Source: Candidatus Bathyarchaeota archaeon
GTDB taxonomy: Archaea > Thermoproteota > Bathyarchaeia > TCS64
DNA: 64,000 bases
Direction of reading: 5' to 3'
Assembly (NCBI GenBank): GCA_963771885.1
Contig: CAVYVF010000023.1
Span: forward strand, 224,001 to 288,000
Part shown: piece after piece, positions 9,579-19,977 of the stretch
How the letters are laid out: every line of letters begins with the position of its first letter
Numbering within the stretch: the stretch's first letter is position 1
Notes under the pieces: model-generated
The model's database searches: none
What the model saw: the letters and a program-made list of their open reading frames with translations, nothing else
What the model was told of the DNA's origin: nothing
Made by a program: the position numbers and the translations under genes

Positions 9579-10819
9579 TCCGCCTTCGTCTTGGGTTCCT
9601 TCACGAAGATGGTGAAGACTAGGAAGGCGGCGAGGCCGGAGCATGCGGCGACGTAGAAGGGCGTCTCGGGCGATACGTTGTCGTAAAGGTAGCCGCCGAG
9701 TGTGCTGCCGGGTAGGCTCAAAAGCCCCGCCATGGTGCCTATGAGGCCCATGACCATTCCGCGCTGGCCAGCAGGTACCATGTCGGCGACGAGTGCGAGC
9801 CAAGCGGAGCCGCCCTCTATGCCGGTGACAGCGCCGCCGAATCCCTCGCTTACGCCGCCGAGGAATCGGGCACCCATGAGACCCATGAAGCCTCCCGCTA
9901 TTGTGAAGCCGAAGAACTGGGCGGGGAGGAGACCGAGGCTTGCCATGATCCCCGGCTTGCGTCCCATCCGGTCGCTGATTATGCTCCCGGGTATGGTTAG
10001 TGCTGTGGAGACGAGCATGACCATCGTGGTGACTATGCCCCACTGTGTGTTCGTGAGGCGTAGCTCCTCAGTCGCGTAGATGGCCATGAAGTTGTTGGCG
10101 AGGCGGAAGGCGAATGCGCTGAAGGCTGCGACGACTATGAGGTACCAGATGCTCTTCGGGACCTTGCCCATGTTTCTTAGGGCGTCTATTGGGCTGTGGC
10201 GTTGTGTGCTGACGACTTTCATCGGGTCATAGGTGTCGGTGAGGTACTTCCACCGTATGAAGACGTTGATCCAGGTGGCGGCGAGGGTGAGGGCGATGGT
10301 GAGTCGTACGCCGGGTATTATCCCGACCCAATCCATGATGACGCCCCCGATGAAGGCGGTGAATATCTGCGGGAGGAGGGTCATCATCCTGAAGGCGCCG
10401 AAGCCTAATCCGCGGTTCTCCTTGGTCACGCTCTCCGCGATCAGTGCGTCTATGGCGGGTATCATCATGTTCGACGCCTGCGTGAAGAACATGCCGACGA
10501 CGACCCACTCCCAGCTCCCCGTGAGAAGGTAGATCACCGGGCTTACACCTCTGCATATGGAGCCTAGGACGATCACCTTCTTTCGCCCGAGGCGGTCGGT
10601 GAGGTAGCCGCCGGGTAACTGGAAGATGAGTTGGAAGATCATCTCTGACATGAAGATTACGCCGAGGAGGGTGACGGATGCGCCTAGGTGTTGAATGTAG
10701 AGGCTCCAGTAGGGCCACCAGAGACTCGCGGTGAGCATGAAGAGGCTCTGTGTGAGTGTGATGACCATTAGGTTGCGGTTGCTGAACGCCTGTTTCATAG
10801 AGGAGAAGATGGCGGTCAT
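9575..10819 (-). CDS. MFS transporter
   Basis: GGYLTDRLGRKK and SDRMGRK motifs, ~12 TM. Confidence 0.9.
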   Translation of the reverse strand: MTAIFSSMKQAFSNRNLMVITLTQSLFMLTASLWWPYWSLYIQHLGASVTLLGVIFMSEMIFQLIFQLPGGYLTDRLGRKKVIVLGSICRGVSPVIYLLTGSWEWVVVGMFFTQASNMMIPAIDALIAESVTKENRGLGFGAFRMMTLLPQIFTAFIGGVIMDWVGIIPGVRLTIALTLAATWINVFIRWKYLTDTYDPMKVVSTQRHSPIDALRNMGKVPKSIWYLIVVAAFSAFAFRLANNFMAIYATEELRLTNTQWGIVTTMVMLVSTALTIPGSIISDRMGRKPGIMASLGLLPAQFFGFTIAGGFMGLMGARFLGGVSEGFGGAVTGIEGGSAWLALVADMVPAGQRGMVMGLIGTMAGLLSLPGSTLGGYLYDNVSPETPFYVAACSGLAAFLVFTIFVKEPKTKAD

Positions 10820-10885
10820 TAGGGGTCAGGGGTCGTTGCCTATCGTGGCGCCTGCCCCGCTATAAGAAGGGTTCCCCGGCACATG

Positions 10886-12013
10886 CTAGGGGTTGTCGAC
10901 GCGGCAGCGTAACATAGCTTTGCCGAAGACCGCCTCGGTCTCGCAGGCGTCGCAGCGGAGGCAGGACGCCTCCTCCTGTCCGGCCTTGAGGTTGTTCACG
11001 AGGTCGGGCTCCCTGATGAGGGGGCGGCTCATGCTGATCAAGTCGGCTATCCCCCTATCGACTACGGCCTGCATGGCAGCTTTTGTGCGGAAGCCGTTAA
11101 CGAGGGCGAGGGGCTTGGGCCTAGTCGTTGCGCGTATCTTCTCACAGTGGCCGCCGAAATTCGGCTCACCTAGGGCGGGGTCGCTGTGCCTCGCCCTCTC
11201 GCGGTACTTGTCCTCGCGGCCGATGCCTCCGCCGCTAACCTCTATCATGCCGATGCCAAGTGAGGCGAGGGCGTGGCAGACCTGTGCCGAGTCCTCGACT
11301 GTGAAGCCGTCCTCGCTGAAATCGTCGCCATTGATCTTCATCGATATGACGGCGTCGGGGCCGAGGCGGCCGCGTATGTCGAGGTAGACCTCCCTGAGCA
11401 GCCTCATCCTGTTCCTGAGCTCACCACCCCACTCGTCTGTCCGCCTGTTGGCGTATTTGCTGAGGAACTCGCTCACGAGGTAGCCGTGGGCGGCGTGTAT
11501 CTGGACGCCGTCAAAGCCCGCCTTAATGGCGCGCTCCGCGGCTGCGCCGAACTTATCGACGACATCCCAAATCTCGCTGGTTGTCATGGCGCGCGACTTC
11601 CAGCCCTCGCCATTGAATTCGCTGGGGCCCATCCGCTCGCCGGCGCTTGCCTGGTAGCCGCCGAAGTTGATCTGGGCGATGATGGCTCCGCCGCGCCTGT
11701 GTACGGCGTCGGTTAGCTCGGTCAGCCTTGGGACGACGGCGTCGTCGTGTATACCCGCCATGCCCTCATGAGCCTTGCCGCGGGGGTCGACGTACATGTG
11801 CCCCTTTATGATGAGGCCGACGCCCCCCTCGGCGAGCTGCTCGTAGTAGCGTATCATTTCGTCCCTGATTATTCCGTTCTCGTCGCTCCAGGCGGAGGTG
11901 GTTGCGCTCCTTACGAAGCGGTTCCTGATCTCCAGCTCGCCTATCCTGTAGGGTTTGAAGAGGTCGACCATGGAGGAGGCTGGTGCCCGGGGGTTTTTGA
12001 AGGCATCGGACAC
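10886..12013 (-). CDS. NADH:flavin oxidoreductase (Old Yellow Enzyme family)
   Basis: NRFVRSAT, AGFDGVQIHAAHGYL, NRRTDEWGG, SRPLIREP. Confidence 0.92.
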   Translation of the reverse strand: MSDAFKNPRAPASSMVDLFKPYRIGELEIRNRFVRSATTSAWSDENGIIRDEMIRYYEQLAEGGVGLIIKGHMYVDPRGKAHEGMAGIHDDAVVPRLTELTDAVHRRGGAIIAQINFGGYQASAGERMGPSEFNGEGWKSRAMTTSEIWDVVDKFGAAAERAIKAGFDGVQIHAAHGYLVSEFLSKYANRRTDEWGGELRNRMRLLREVYLDIRGRLGPDAVISMKINGDDFSEDGFTVEDSAQVCHALASLGIGMIEVSGGGIGREDKYRERARHSDPALGEPNFGGHCEKIRATTRPKPLALVNGFRTKAAMQAVVDRGIADLISMSRPLIREPDLVNNLKAGQEEASCLRCDACETEAVFGKAMLRCRVDNP

Positions 12014-12034
12014 GGGCTCAAATGCTGGTGTCCG

Positions 12035-13399
12035 TTACTCGGCACTCCAGTTGGTCACACGCGTGTCGGGGTAGTAGTTCCCCGCTAAGGCGCTCACACT
12101 TGGGGCTGTGGTGCCCGGGGCGTAGTACCAGATGTCGTACGTCGGCGGCGCCCGGTCTCCATACTCATCCAATCTGCACCAACCGGTCACCCCATAATGG
12201 TTCTCGCAAACGCTGGGTAGGGCTGCCGCGACACGAGTCGCGTCGTCGGAGCCCGTCTCTAGTATCGTTTTGGCGAGCACCCAAGCGGCGTCGTAGAGGT
12301 ATGCCCTATGTATGGAGAAGTCCTTTCCTGTGGCCTCCTCGTACCGCGCCTTCAAGTCGTTGTACCTCGTGGAGTTAGGCGTCTGGGCGAGCAAGCTGTA
12401 GAGCTTGAGGTGATTTGCCTCGATTGGGGCGTTAGCCGTTATGTTTGCTGAACGAGCAGTACCATCCGCCCCGAACCACGTCAGGTTGTATAGTATCTCG
12501 CACTGGCTCACCGCTTTTAGTATCTGGGAGGCCTCGTCGAATGCGAGGAGGAGCACGCCGACCTTGCTCGTGTCCCCTCCCATGCGGGCTATCGCCTCCT
12601 CGCCGAGTGTCCTCGCCGCCATCAGGGAGGGGCAGAAATCGGTCGTCTCAGCGGGGTACCTGACGATCTCGCTGACGGCCCCCCCGTTCGCTATGAATGT
12701 GGGTTTGAAGAGGTTGATTATACCGTCTCCCCACGAGTCGCCGCGCTGGATGACTACGACCTCCCTGATCCCGTAGTCCCAGAGGACATCGGCGAGAGTC
12801 GGTGGTAGGGCGGTGTCGGCTGGGCACATGCGGAAGAAGCTGTCGCGGGCGATCGCGAGGGTAGGGCTCGTCGAGCTAGGACTCATCATGAGCATCTTGT
12901 TCGCGTTGGCGTAGCTCAGTGTGGCACAGCCCTGAGACGACCAGCCAGCACCGATGAAAATGCTCACACCTTCGCTGCGGAGCTGCTGGACATGCTCGAG
13001 GTGCTTTTGCGCCTGCCCCTGCGCGTCTAAAATAATGAACTCGAAGCCCACGTCAAGGCCGAGACCCGACGCGTAGGCGTTGATGTCGGGTTGGACAACC
13101 TGCTCCATGAAGGCCTTCGTCGCGGAATAGGTCGTCGTGTCAGATGCGATGTAGCCGATCTTCACGGTTTTTCCGGCTATTCTCGACACCGATTTCCTCA
13201 AAGCGTCGTTCTCAGCGGTTATGTTTGCGTTCGTCTCCATCAGCGTCTGTATCTCGGAGACCATCCTCTCCTGGTCGGGGTTCGTCGACTGTACCGAGTC
13301 GGCGTATCCCCTCAGATAGCCTACATACGTTCCTCCGGCTAAGGAGGAAACCACGAGTACAGCTATGATAGCCGTCATCAGCGTCTTTGAAAGGGCCAT
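12035..13399 (-). CDS. Membrane-anchored ABC substrate-binding protein, branched-chain amino-acid (LivK/PBP1) type
   Basis: N-terminal TM + coiled coil; SPSSTSPTLA, FFRMCPAD, YLYDAAW, GVTGWCRLDEYGDR. Confidence 0.85.
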   Translation of the reverse strand: MALSKTLMTAIIAVLVVSSLAGGTYVGYLRGYADSVQSTNPDQERMVSEIQTLMETNANITAENDALRKSVSRIAGKTVKIGYIASDTTTYSATKAFMEQVVQPDINAYASGLGLDVGFEFIILDAQGQAQKHLEHVQQLRSEGVSIFIGAGWSSQGCATLSYANANKMLMMSPSSTSPTLAIARDSFFRMCPADTALPPTLADVLWDYGIREVVVIQRGDSWGDGIINLFKPTFIANGGAVSEIVRYPAETTDFCPSLMAARTLGEEAIARMGGDTSKVGVLLLAFDEASQILKAVSQCEILYNLTWFGADGTARSANITANAPIEANHLKLYSLLAQTPNSTRYNDLKARYEEATGKDFSIHRAYLYDAAWVLAKTILETGSDDATRVAAALPSVCENHYGVTGWCRLDEYGDRAPPTYDIWYYAPGTTAPSVSALAGNYYPDTRVTNWSAE

Positions 13400-13565
13400 T
13401 ATCTAACTCAGTACTCCCGTTTCGAACCTCTCTCCGGATAGTTTTAACCATTTTTGAAAAGAAAACTTTACAACACATTCTTGAAATAAGTTTACAACGC
13501 CTGATCGTAGTCCAGGCGCCAATCTTTTCACCCGAGACTCGACAATGTATGTGAGGTAGGTTAGG

Positions 13566-14268
13566 GTGGTCGACGAGGAGAGGCGCCGCAGGATAATCAA
13601 GGCGCTCAACCACGACTTCAGGAAGAGGATACTGGGGAGAGTCACCGCTGGGAAGGTGACTTATACCGAGCTTCTGAAGTCGACCGGCGTCGAGTCCGGC
13701 TACCTCGCCTACCACCTCAGGATGATGGGTGACTTGATCGAGAAGGGGGAGGACGGGTACACCCTGACGCCCCTCGGTGTGGAGGCGCACTCGATGCTCC
13801 ACGGCAACGTGGAGAAGCCCAAGCAACCCATCACCCTGCCAAGGCTTGTGGCGGTGGTCCTCCTAGTAGTCATACTCGCTTCAGCGATAGGCTACGCATA
13901 CTCGGTAAACGAGAGGGAATCGGTCGAAGGCAGGAGGATGGCGAACAGACAGGTGCTCCTCAACCACACGTCAGCAATGATGGAGGTCATAGTGAACGCC
14001 TTCGAGTACGTCGACGTCCCCCGCTCCGTCTGGACGAACATACTAATACACTCGACCCTGCTCCAGAAGGACCTCGAAGCTATGCGAGATGATGGCGACC
14101 CCCTGACGCCGACCCAAATGATGCCCAAGATCGACGATGTTGGTCAAAGAAGCGAAGAACACTCTAAGTGGCTCCGATGCAGAGTACCTAGCCCTGAGCC
14201 GCGAGAGCCGGCTTCTCCTAAGGGATCTCTACGGGGAGCTGTTCGATCTCAAGAAGAGTCTCCGGTAG
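13566..14268 (+). CDS. ArsR-like winged-helix regulator with TM segment; probable frameshift near 14135
   Basis: IIKALNHDFRKRIL...YTELL...SGYLAYHLRMMGDLIEK...YTLTPLG; alternative frame MLVKEAKNTLSG...LFDLKKSLR* gives a plausible helical C-terminus. Confidence 0.7.
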
Positions 14269-14318
14269 CTGTGTTGTAGATGGTCTTTTACCTACATTCG
14301 CCGTGATTCTCTATCGGT

Positions 14319-15116
14319 GTGTTCTTGGCATTTTCAAAGTTGGTTGATGGGGAGCAGCGCATCTACTTCAAGGCGGGTGGGGAGTGGTGCTACCTCTGGA
14401 CGCCGAAGGCTTTCAAGGTCGGCGGGAAGACGCCTGTGCTGATGCATCACCACGGGGCGAACGGATGGGTGCGTGAGGGGTCGGCGGACTGGCCCGATAC
14501 GGAGTCGAAGGCCGCCTTCCTCAAGGCGATCATGACCAACGGGATAGCAGTGGCAGGTAGCCACGCCTGCGGCAATCACTGGGGTAACCCATGCGCAGTC
14601 GATGCGAACACCGCGTTACTCAAGGAGCTAGACGGTGTGAAGGGGTTGGATACCTCGCGCCTTGGACTGATGGGTGGCGGGCTTGGCGGGACGCTCATCT
14701 GGAACTCAGTCCTCGGCCCCCTCGCTGGTAGGGCGAAGCTCGCAGCTGTCCTGCAGGCGGTCGCAAACCTAGACGCAACGATTAAGGAGAACAAGTTCAG
14801 GGACGTCACTCTCCAGGCTTATGGCTTTCCGCCAGAGACGTCAGATGCGGAGGCGTACAAGGTGATCAAGCCAAGCGACCCGATGCCGAAGCTTAAGGCG
14901 ATGAAGAAGGGCATGAAGCTGCCCCACGTCGCCATCTTCCACGGGTCGAAGGACAACAACATCCCGGCGGAGACGAACGCGATCCCGCTCGCCGAGGCCC
15001 TGCGTAGAGCCGGAGGTGAGGTTGAGCTGAATGTCTTCCCGAGCGTCGAGCATAACGTTTACGCGATGGGGAAGGAGATGGAGGAGCGGCTCAGGGTCTT
15101 CTTCTCAGCCCTTTAG
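14319..15116 (+). CDS. Alpha/beta hydrolase fold protein (S9-like), lacking the elbow Ser
   Basis: HHHGANG, GLMGGGLGG elbow, FHGSKD, VEH. Confidence 0.75.
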   Translation: MFLAFSKLVDGEQRIYFKAGGEWCYLWTPKAFKVGGKTPVLMHHHGANGWVREGSADWPDTESKAAFLKAIMTNGIAVAGSHACGNHWGNPCAVDANTALLKELDGVKGLDTSRLGLMGGGLGGTLIWNSVLGPLAGRAKLAAVLQAVANLDATIKENKFRDVTLQAYGFPPETSDAEAYKVIKPSDPMPKLKAMKKGMKLPHVAIFHGSKDNNIPAETNAIPLAEALRRAGGEVELNVFPSVEHNVYAMGKEMEERLRVFFSAL

Positions 15117-15647
15117 CTTGTCGCGGTACTTCTTCTCCAACTTCTCTATCTTCGGGGCGATAACGAATTGAGCGTAGCCCGTGCCCCGATTCCGCTCGTA
15201 GTACTTCTCATGGTACTCCTCAGCGGGGTAGAACGCCTTGAAGGGTTCGACTCTTGTGACGATGGGGGCGTCGAAGGCCTTCTTCTCCGTGAGCTCACTG
15301 ATGTACGTCTCGGCCTCGAGGCGTTGCTCATCGGTGTGGTAGAAGATGACGCTGCGGTACTGTGTGCCGACGTCAGCGCCTTGTCTGTTTAGGGTCGTCG
15401 GGTCATGCGTCGCGAAGAATATCTCGAGGAGCTGGCGGAAGGAGATCACGTCGGGGTCGTATGTGAGATGCGTCACCTCGGCGTGGCCCGTCCTTCCGGT
15501 CGACACCTGCTCGTATGTCGGGTTCTCGACGCTGCCGCCGCTGTAGCCGGGGAAGGCGCTCGTCACGCCCTTCAGCCGGGCAAATACCGCCTCTGTGCAC
15601 CAGAAGCAGCCTCCACCGAGGGTCGCTGTCTCCTCTCGTCCGTCCAT
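15105..15647 (-). CDS. msrA: Peptide methionine sulfoxide reductase A
   Basis: GGGCFWCTE, GYSGG, HDPTTLNRQGADVGTQYRS, FYPAEEYH. Confidence 0.97.
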   Translation of the reverse strand: MDGREETATLGGGCFWCTEAVFARLKGVTSAFPGYSGGSVENPTYEQVSTGRTGHAEVTHLTYDPDVISFRQLLEIFFATHDPTTLNRQGADVGTQYRSVIFYHTDEQRLEAETYISELTEKKAFDAPIVTRVEPFKAFYPAEEYHEKYYERNRGTGYAQFVIAPKIEKLEKKYRDKLKG

Positions 15648-15683
15648 GTGGCAGCGTGGGGAACCGGTGTTGTTATAGGTTCC

Positions 15684-16471
15684 CTAGCCTCGGCGCTTCT
15701 TCGCCTGGGGCGTGAGGTAGTAGTCGGGGAGGAAGTTGGGCTCTTGGTCGACGCCGCCGAAGGGGATTGGTGTGGGGAGGAGGTGCTTTGTCTTCTCGAA
15801 CCCTCGATGACGGCGGGGAGGGAGGCGTATGGGATGGTTATGGATAGCTCTTGGTCCTGGACGATGCTTGAGACGCGTTCGCCGCGGCATGGGAAGCCGA
15901 CGGCGGGCTTGCCGGTTACGTATGCTTGCGCCATACCCTCGACGCAGACGCCGTACTTGGCGCAGGTCGTGATTGTGAAGCGGGGCTCCTCGGCGTAGAC
16001 GTAGCCCTGTATGAGCTTGAGCATCTGGAGGGGGTTGCCGTAGACGATGACTTGGTCTGGCTCGAGGTCCATCTTGTCGAGGGGGGCGAAGGCGATGGCT
16101 TTGACTTCGCCGAAGGGGACGCGTGGGAGCGTCTGGAACATCTCTTCGCAGCACTGGGGGGTCTTTCTTACGCCGTCCTTCTTCGCAATCTCGCCGTGCT
16201 CCATGTCCTCGTCGAACGGGTAGGCGCCTGTGACGAGTGCGCCGATGTTGCAGACCTGGTCTTCTGCGGTGGCGACGACCTTCCTGCCGTGGTGGCGTGC
16301 TTGACCTACGAATTGGCAGACGTTTAAGGGTGCCTTGGGGCGGTAGAAGCCGGCGTCAGCGAGTTCCCACTCCTTGTCCTCGCTCCACTCCCTGAGGTAC
16401 TTGACTGCGACTGGTGGGGTCTGTAGACCTAGTGTCCTAGCGAGCCACTCATGCTGCTGCTTCGCGTCCAT
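15684..16471 (-). CDS. DUF169 family protein; frameshift near 15800
   Basis: PVAVK, CQFVGQAR, C..GA, PDQVIVYGNPLQM, GFPCRGER; C-terminus FEKTKHLLPTPIP...KKRRG lies in the other frame. Confidence 0.8.
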
Positions 16472-16711
16472 GCATGCCCCTCGTCGTTGAATGATTTATT
16501 CCTTACCAGTTTTGGCGTGCAAAGTTTTTTTAACGTGGGTGGCGTGCCTCTCGTTCACGCATGTGGAGTTGAACGTGATGGGGTATCGCTTTATCGCGTC
16601 CCTCTTGGAGGGGTAAGACATGGGGTATTGTTTTATTAGTTAAGCAAACCAGCTACTCGAACTTCTCAGGCTTGTGCCTGAAATCAATAGAATCTTGGGA
16701 GGCTTCGCCGC

Positions 16712-17689
16712 TTGGCTGACCTCGTGCCGCCGACTCTACTAGACGTCGTCGCCGCGCGTAAGAGGATCGCGGCTTACCTGCTGAAGACGCCGCTCACCTA
16801 TTACCATGGCCTCTCGAGTTACCTCGGCTGCGAGGTCTGGGTGAAGCATGAGAACCACCAGCCAATCGGGGCCTTCAAGGTAAGGGGTGGCATTAACCTG
16901 CTCAGTCGTATGAGCGAGGGGGATCGTGCGAGGGGGGTGATAACCGCTTCGACGGGGAACCATGGGCAGAGCATCGCCTACGCGTCCCGCCTATTTGGAG
17001 TTAAGGCAACGGTCTGCGTCCAGAGGGGTGCCAATCCTGACAAGGTCGCGGCTATGAGGGCGCTGGGTGCGGACATCGTCGAGGGACAGGGCGACTTCGA
17101 CGAAGCGGTGCTTCTTGCCGTCGAGCTCGCGAAGGAGAGGAGGCTACGCTACGTGCACACGGCGAACGAGCCTGACCTCATAGCAGGTGTGGGGACGCTC
17201 GCCCTTGAGATGGTGGAGGACCGCCCCGACCTCGACGTGGTCATAGTCGCCGCGGGTGCTGGAACACTTAGTAGCGGTGTATCCATCGTCTACAAAACGC
17301 TTAGCCCCAAGACGCGGGTCGTCGCTGTCCAGACGGAGGCTGCCCCGAGCCTTTCCATGAGCTGGAGGAGCGGTGTTGTCGAGCATACCAACTCGGCGAA
17401 CACACTCGCTGATGGCCTTGCGGTCAAGCAGAGCTTTGAGCTACCCGTCAAGATCGTGCACGAGCTTGTGGATGACTTCAGACTCGTCTCCGAGGAGGAG
17501 CTTCGCTCTGCGATCAAGCTCTACGTTGAGAAGGCGCACACGATCGCGGAGGGCGCCGGTGCGGCTCCCCTGGCGGCGGCGATCAAGATGAGGGAAGAGC
17601 TCGCGGGGAAGAAGGTGGGGCTCGTCCTGAGCGGGGGGAACCTGACGGCCTCGATGCTTAGGCAGATACTCGCTGAGCCGACTTTTTAG
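16712..17689 (+). CDS. Threonine/serine dehydratase (PLP, fold II)
   Basis: KHENHQPIGAFKVRGG, ASTGNHGQ, EGAGAA, LSGGN. Confidence 0.92.
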   Translation: MADLVPPTLLDVVAARKRIAAYLLKTPLTYYHGLSSYLGCEVWVKHENHQPIGAFKVRGGINLLSRMSEGDRARGVITASTGNHGQSIAYASRLFGVKATVCVQRGANPDKVAAMRALGADIVEGQGDFDEAVLLAVELAKERRLRYVHTANEPDLIAGVGTLALEMVEDRPDLDVVIVAAGAGTLSSGVSIVYKTLSPKTRVVAVQTEAAPSLSMSWRSGVVEHTNSANTLADGLAVKQSFELPVKIVHELVDDFRLVSEEELRSAIKLYVEKAHTIAEGAGAAPLAAAIKMREELAGKKVGLVLSGGNLTASMLRQILAEPTF

Positions 17690-17691
17690 AT

Positions 17692-18348
17692 CTAAGGCAG
17701 CAGCTTTTCTCTGCGTATTAGCTTTGGAGCGGAGAGAACGGCGAGCAATGAAACAATGAAAACTGCCACCGCCATGACGAGTTGTGCGGTGGCTGCCACC
17801 GCGGGGAGGAGCATGGGTATGAACATGAACCCCAGAAGGATGAAGGCGCCGATGGCGATCCCGAGGGGCTGGTTCATCCCGATAGGCTGCCTCTGCAGCG
17901 AGGCGAAGGACATCATCAGGACGTTAACCAGGCATATCACGGAGAGCCCCATGAAAATGGATAATGCGAGCGAGATCAACACAGTAGCGCTGAACACCCC
18001 GACGTAGAGCATGGCCCCAACTATGCCAACAGCGCTCAGGGCGAGCATGACGCCTCCCACGGCGAGTGAGGCTAGCAGATACCCCATGAATATGTCCACC
18101 TGATCCATCCCGAGGGAGAGCAGGTACTCGAGCGTCCCGTTCTCGCGGTCGTGCACGAAAAGGAGCATGACGGGGATCGTGCCGAGAAGGCCGACTATGC
18201 CCATCAGCGAGAGTGACTGTGTGACGAATATGCTGCTCAGCCTCGCCTGTAGAGGCACGATGATGTTTATGGCGAGAACAAAGAGCCCGATGCCTATGTA
18301 CATCTTCCCAACGCTGACGCTCCGCTTTACTATCGATAGGCTGAACAT
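17692..18348 (-). CDS. ABC-2 type permease
   Basis: HDRENGTLEYLLS motif, 6 TM; start taken at MFSLS next to the ATPase stop. Confidence 0.8.
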   Translation of the reverse strand: MFSLSIVKRSVSVGKMYIGIGLFVLAINIIVPLQARLSSIFVTQSLSLMGIVGLLGTIPVMLLFVHDRENGTLEYLLSLGMDQVDIFMGYLLASLAVGGVMLALSAVGIVGAMLYVGVFSATVLISLALSIFMGLSVICLVNVLMMSFASLQRQPIGMNQPLGIAIGAFILLGFMFIPMLLPAVAATAQLVMAVAVFIVSLLAVLSAPKLIRREKLLP

Positions 18349-18352
18349 GCCA

Positions 18353-19201
18353 TCACTCCTTGAATAGGTCCTCGAGCGGGTTGTCCAGCTCCTTGACCTC
18401 TGTGACCGTGACGCCCTCGGCGATGAGTTTCTTGAGGATGTCGCCGACCTCCTCGCGGCCCTTGACCTTGATGACGTAGAGGCCGTTCTCACTGACGGTA
18501 GGGATGACGCGGGAGACGTCCCCCGTGGCCCTTATGCCCATTCGATACTCCTTGGGCCTCAGGTTCTCTATCCTATCGAAGAAACGGACGGCGCCATCCC
18601 TGATTAGAATTAGGTAGGTGCCTATCTCCCTCGCCTCGTAGAGGTTGTGGGAGGAGTATAGTACGATCTTCCTCTTGCTCAGGTCGAGGAGCATGTCCCT
18701 GATCTGCCTCGCAGTCGTGGGGTCGAGGTTGCTCGTCGGCTCGTCGAGGAGGTAGAGGTCCCTCTCGCTGAGGAGGACCTTGGCGATGGCGACGCGTTTC
18801 TTTTGGCCTTGGGAGAGGTCCGAGACCTTCCGGTCGCGTAGCTCCACGAGGGAGAGTTTCTCGATGACCTCCTCCACGTCACCTCCCTCGATGTCTGAGA
18901 AGAATCTGAGGGCGTTATATACCGTCATCTCCTCAGGGAGCGCGTTGTAGTGGGATAGGTAACATACCTTTCTCCGTGTCTCTTTGGAAGTGTTTAGGTC
19001 TGCGCCTCCGAAGCTCACCGAGCCGCTTAGCGGCTCTAGTATGCCTCCGACGGTCCTGAGTAGGGTCGTCTTCCCGGCGCCGTTAGGGCCGAGGACGACG
19101 TAGATGGATGGCTCGGAGATGGTGAGGGTGATGTCTTTGAGCACAGCTTTCCCGTTGTACCCGGAGCTGACGCCTAGAATTTCCAGCTTTGTTCCATCCA
19201 T
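18353..19201 (-). CDS. ABC transporter ATP-binding protein
   Basis: GPNGAGKTT, LSQGQKKR, LLDEPT. Confidence 0.95.
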   Translation of the reverse strand: MDGTKLEILGVSSGYNGKAVLKDITLTISEPSIYVVLGPNGAGKTTLLRTVGGILEPLSGSVSFGGADLNTSKETRRKVCYLSHYNALPEEMTVYNALRFFSDIEGGDVEEVIEKLSLVELRDRKVSDLSQGQKKRVAIAKVLLSERDLYLLDEPTSNLDPTTARQIRDMLLDLSKRKIVLYSSHNLYEAREIGTYLILIRDGAVRFFDRIENLRPKEYRMGIRATGDVSRVIPTVSENGLYVIKVKGREEVGDILKKLIAEGVTVTEVKELDNPLEDLFKE

Positions 19202-19269
19202 GTCCCAGAAACTCCTTTTAACGGTCATATAAGGCGACTGGAGAAGCCAATCGAGTTGTTTTCCAGCGA

Positions 19270-19959
19270 CTACTTCTGTTTTCGGAAGTAGGTGACCCAG
19301 TCAGGGAGGATGGTGAAAAGGCTGGAGATTACCTTCTTCGTCGCCTCGAACCAGGCGGTGGCTGTGCCGTCGTATGCTTCGCCGCCGCTCTTGTCGACTA
19401 GGTCGCTGACACCGCGTAGGATGAGCGTCTTTGTGTTGTTGCGGGCACAAACCCAGGCGGTAGGGGCGGATTCGTAATCGTTGACCATGCCGTTGAACTT
19501 CTCGCGTAGGCGGGGGATGTCCTCGGGGATGAGGTCCCTGTCGCCGCTGAGGATGTGGACGCGTTTGACGGGGGTCGGGGGCTTCTTGACCCAGCCGAGG
19601 TCAATCTCCGTTGTGAACTTCTTTATCCCTTCGTCGGGTGGCCCGATGAGGCTGACGAAGTCGTATACTATAGCCTTCTCGACGAGTACGATGTCGAATC
19701 TGTTGACCTGGCCTTTGAAGCCGCCACATGTGCCGAAGTTGACGACTAGGTCGGGGTGCCATTTCTCGATGACGTACTCGGCGCTGGCGGCGGAGTGCAC
19801 TTTGCCCCAGCCGCCGTGGAAGACTATGACTTCCTCGCCGGCGACGGGGATGGTGAACCACTCGCCGAGCGGCGTGTTGTTCATCTTCGCGTTTGGGAAG
19901 AGGGGGGTGGTGGCTCTCCACTCGCCGTCGGCTGAGACGATGACGACTATGCAGCCCAT
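19270..19959 (-). CDS. MTA/SAH nucleosidase / PNP_UDP_1 family protein
   Basis: GWGKVHSA, VVNFGTCGG, DYESA, LRGVSD. Confidence 0.85.
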   Translation of the reverse strand: MGCIVVIVSADGEWRATTPLFPNAKMNNTPLGEWFTIPVAGEEVIVFHGGWGKVHSAASAEYVIEKWHPDLVVNFGTCGGFKGQVNRFDIVLVEKAIVYDFVSLIGPPDEGIKKFTTEIDLGWVKKPPTPVKRVHILSGDRDLIPEDIPRLREKFNGMVNDYESAPTAWVCARNNTKTLILRGVSDLVDKSGGEAYDGTATAWFEATKKVISSLFTILPDWVTYFRKQK

Positions 19960-19977
19960 TTCAGTTCAGGTTTCCAT

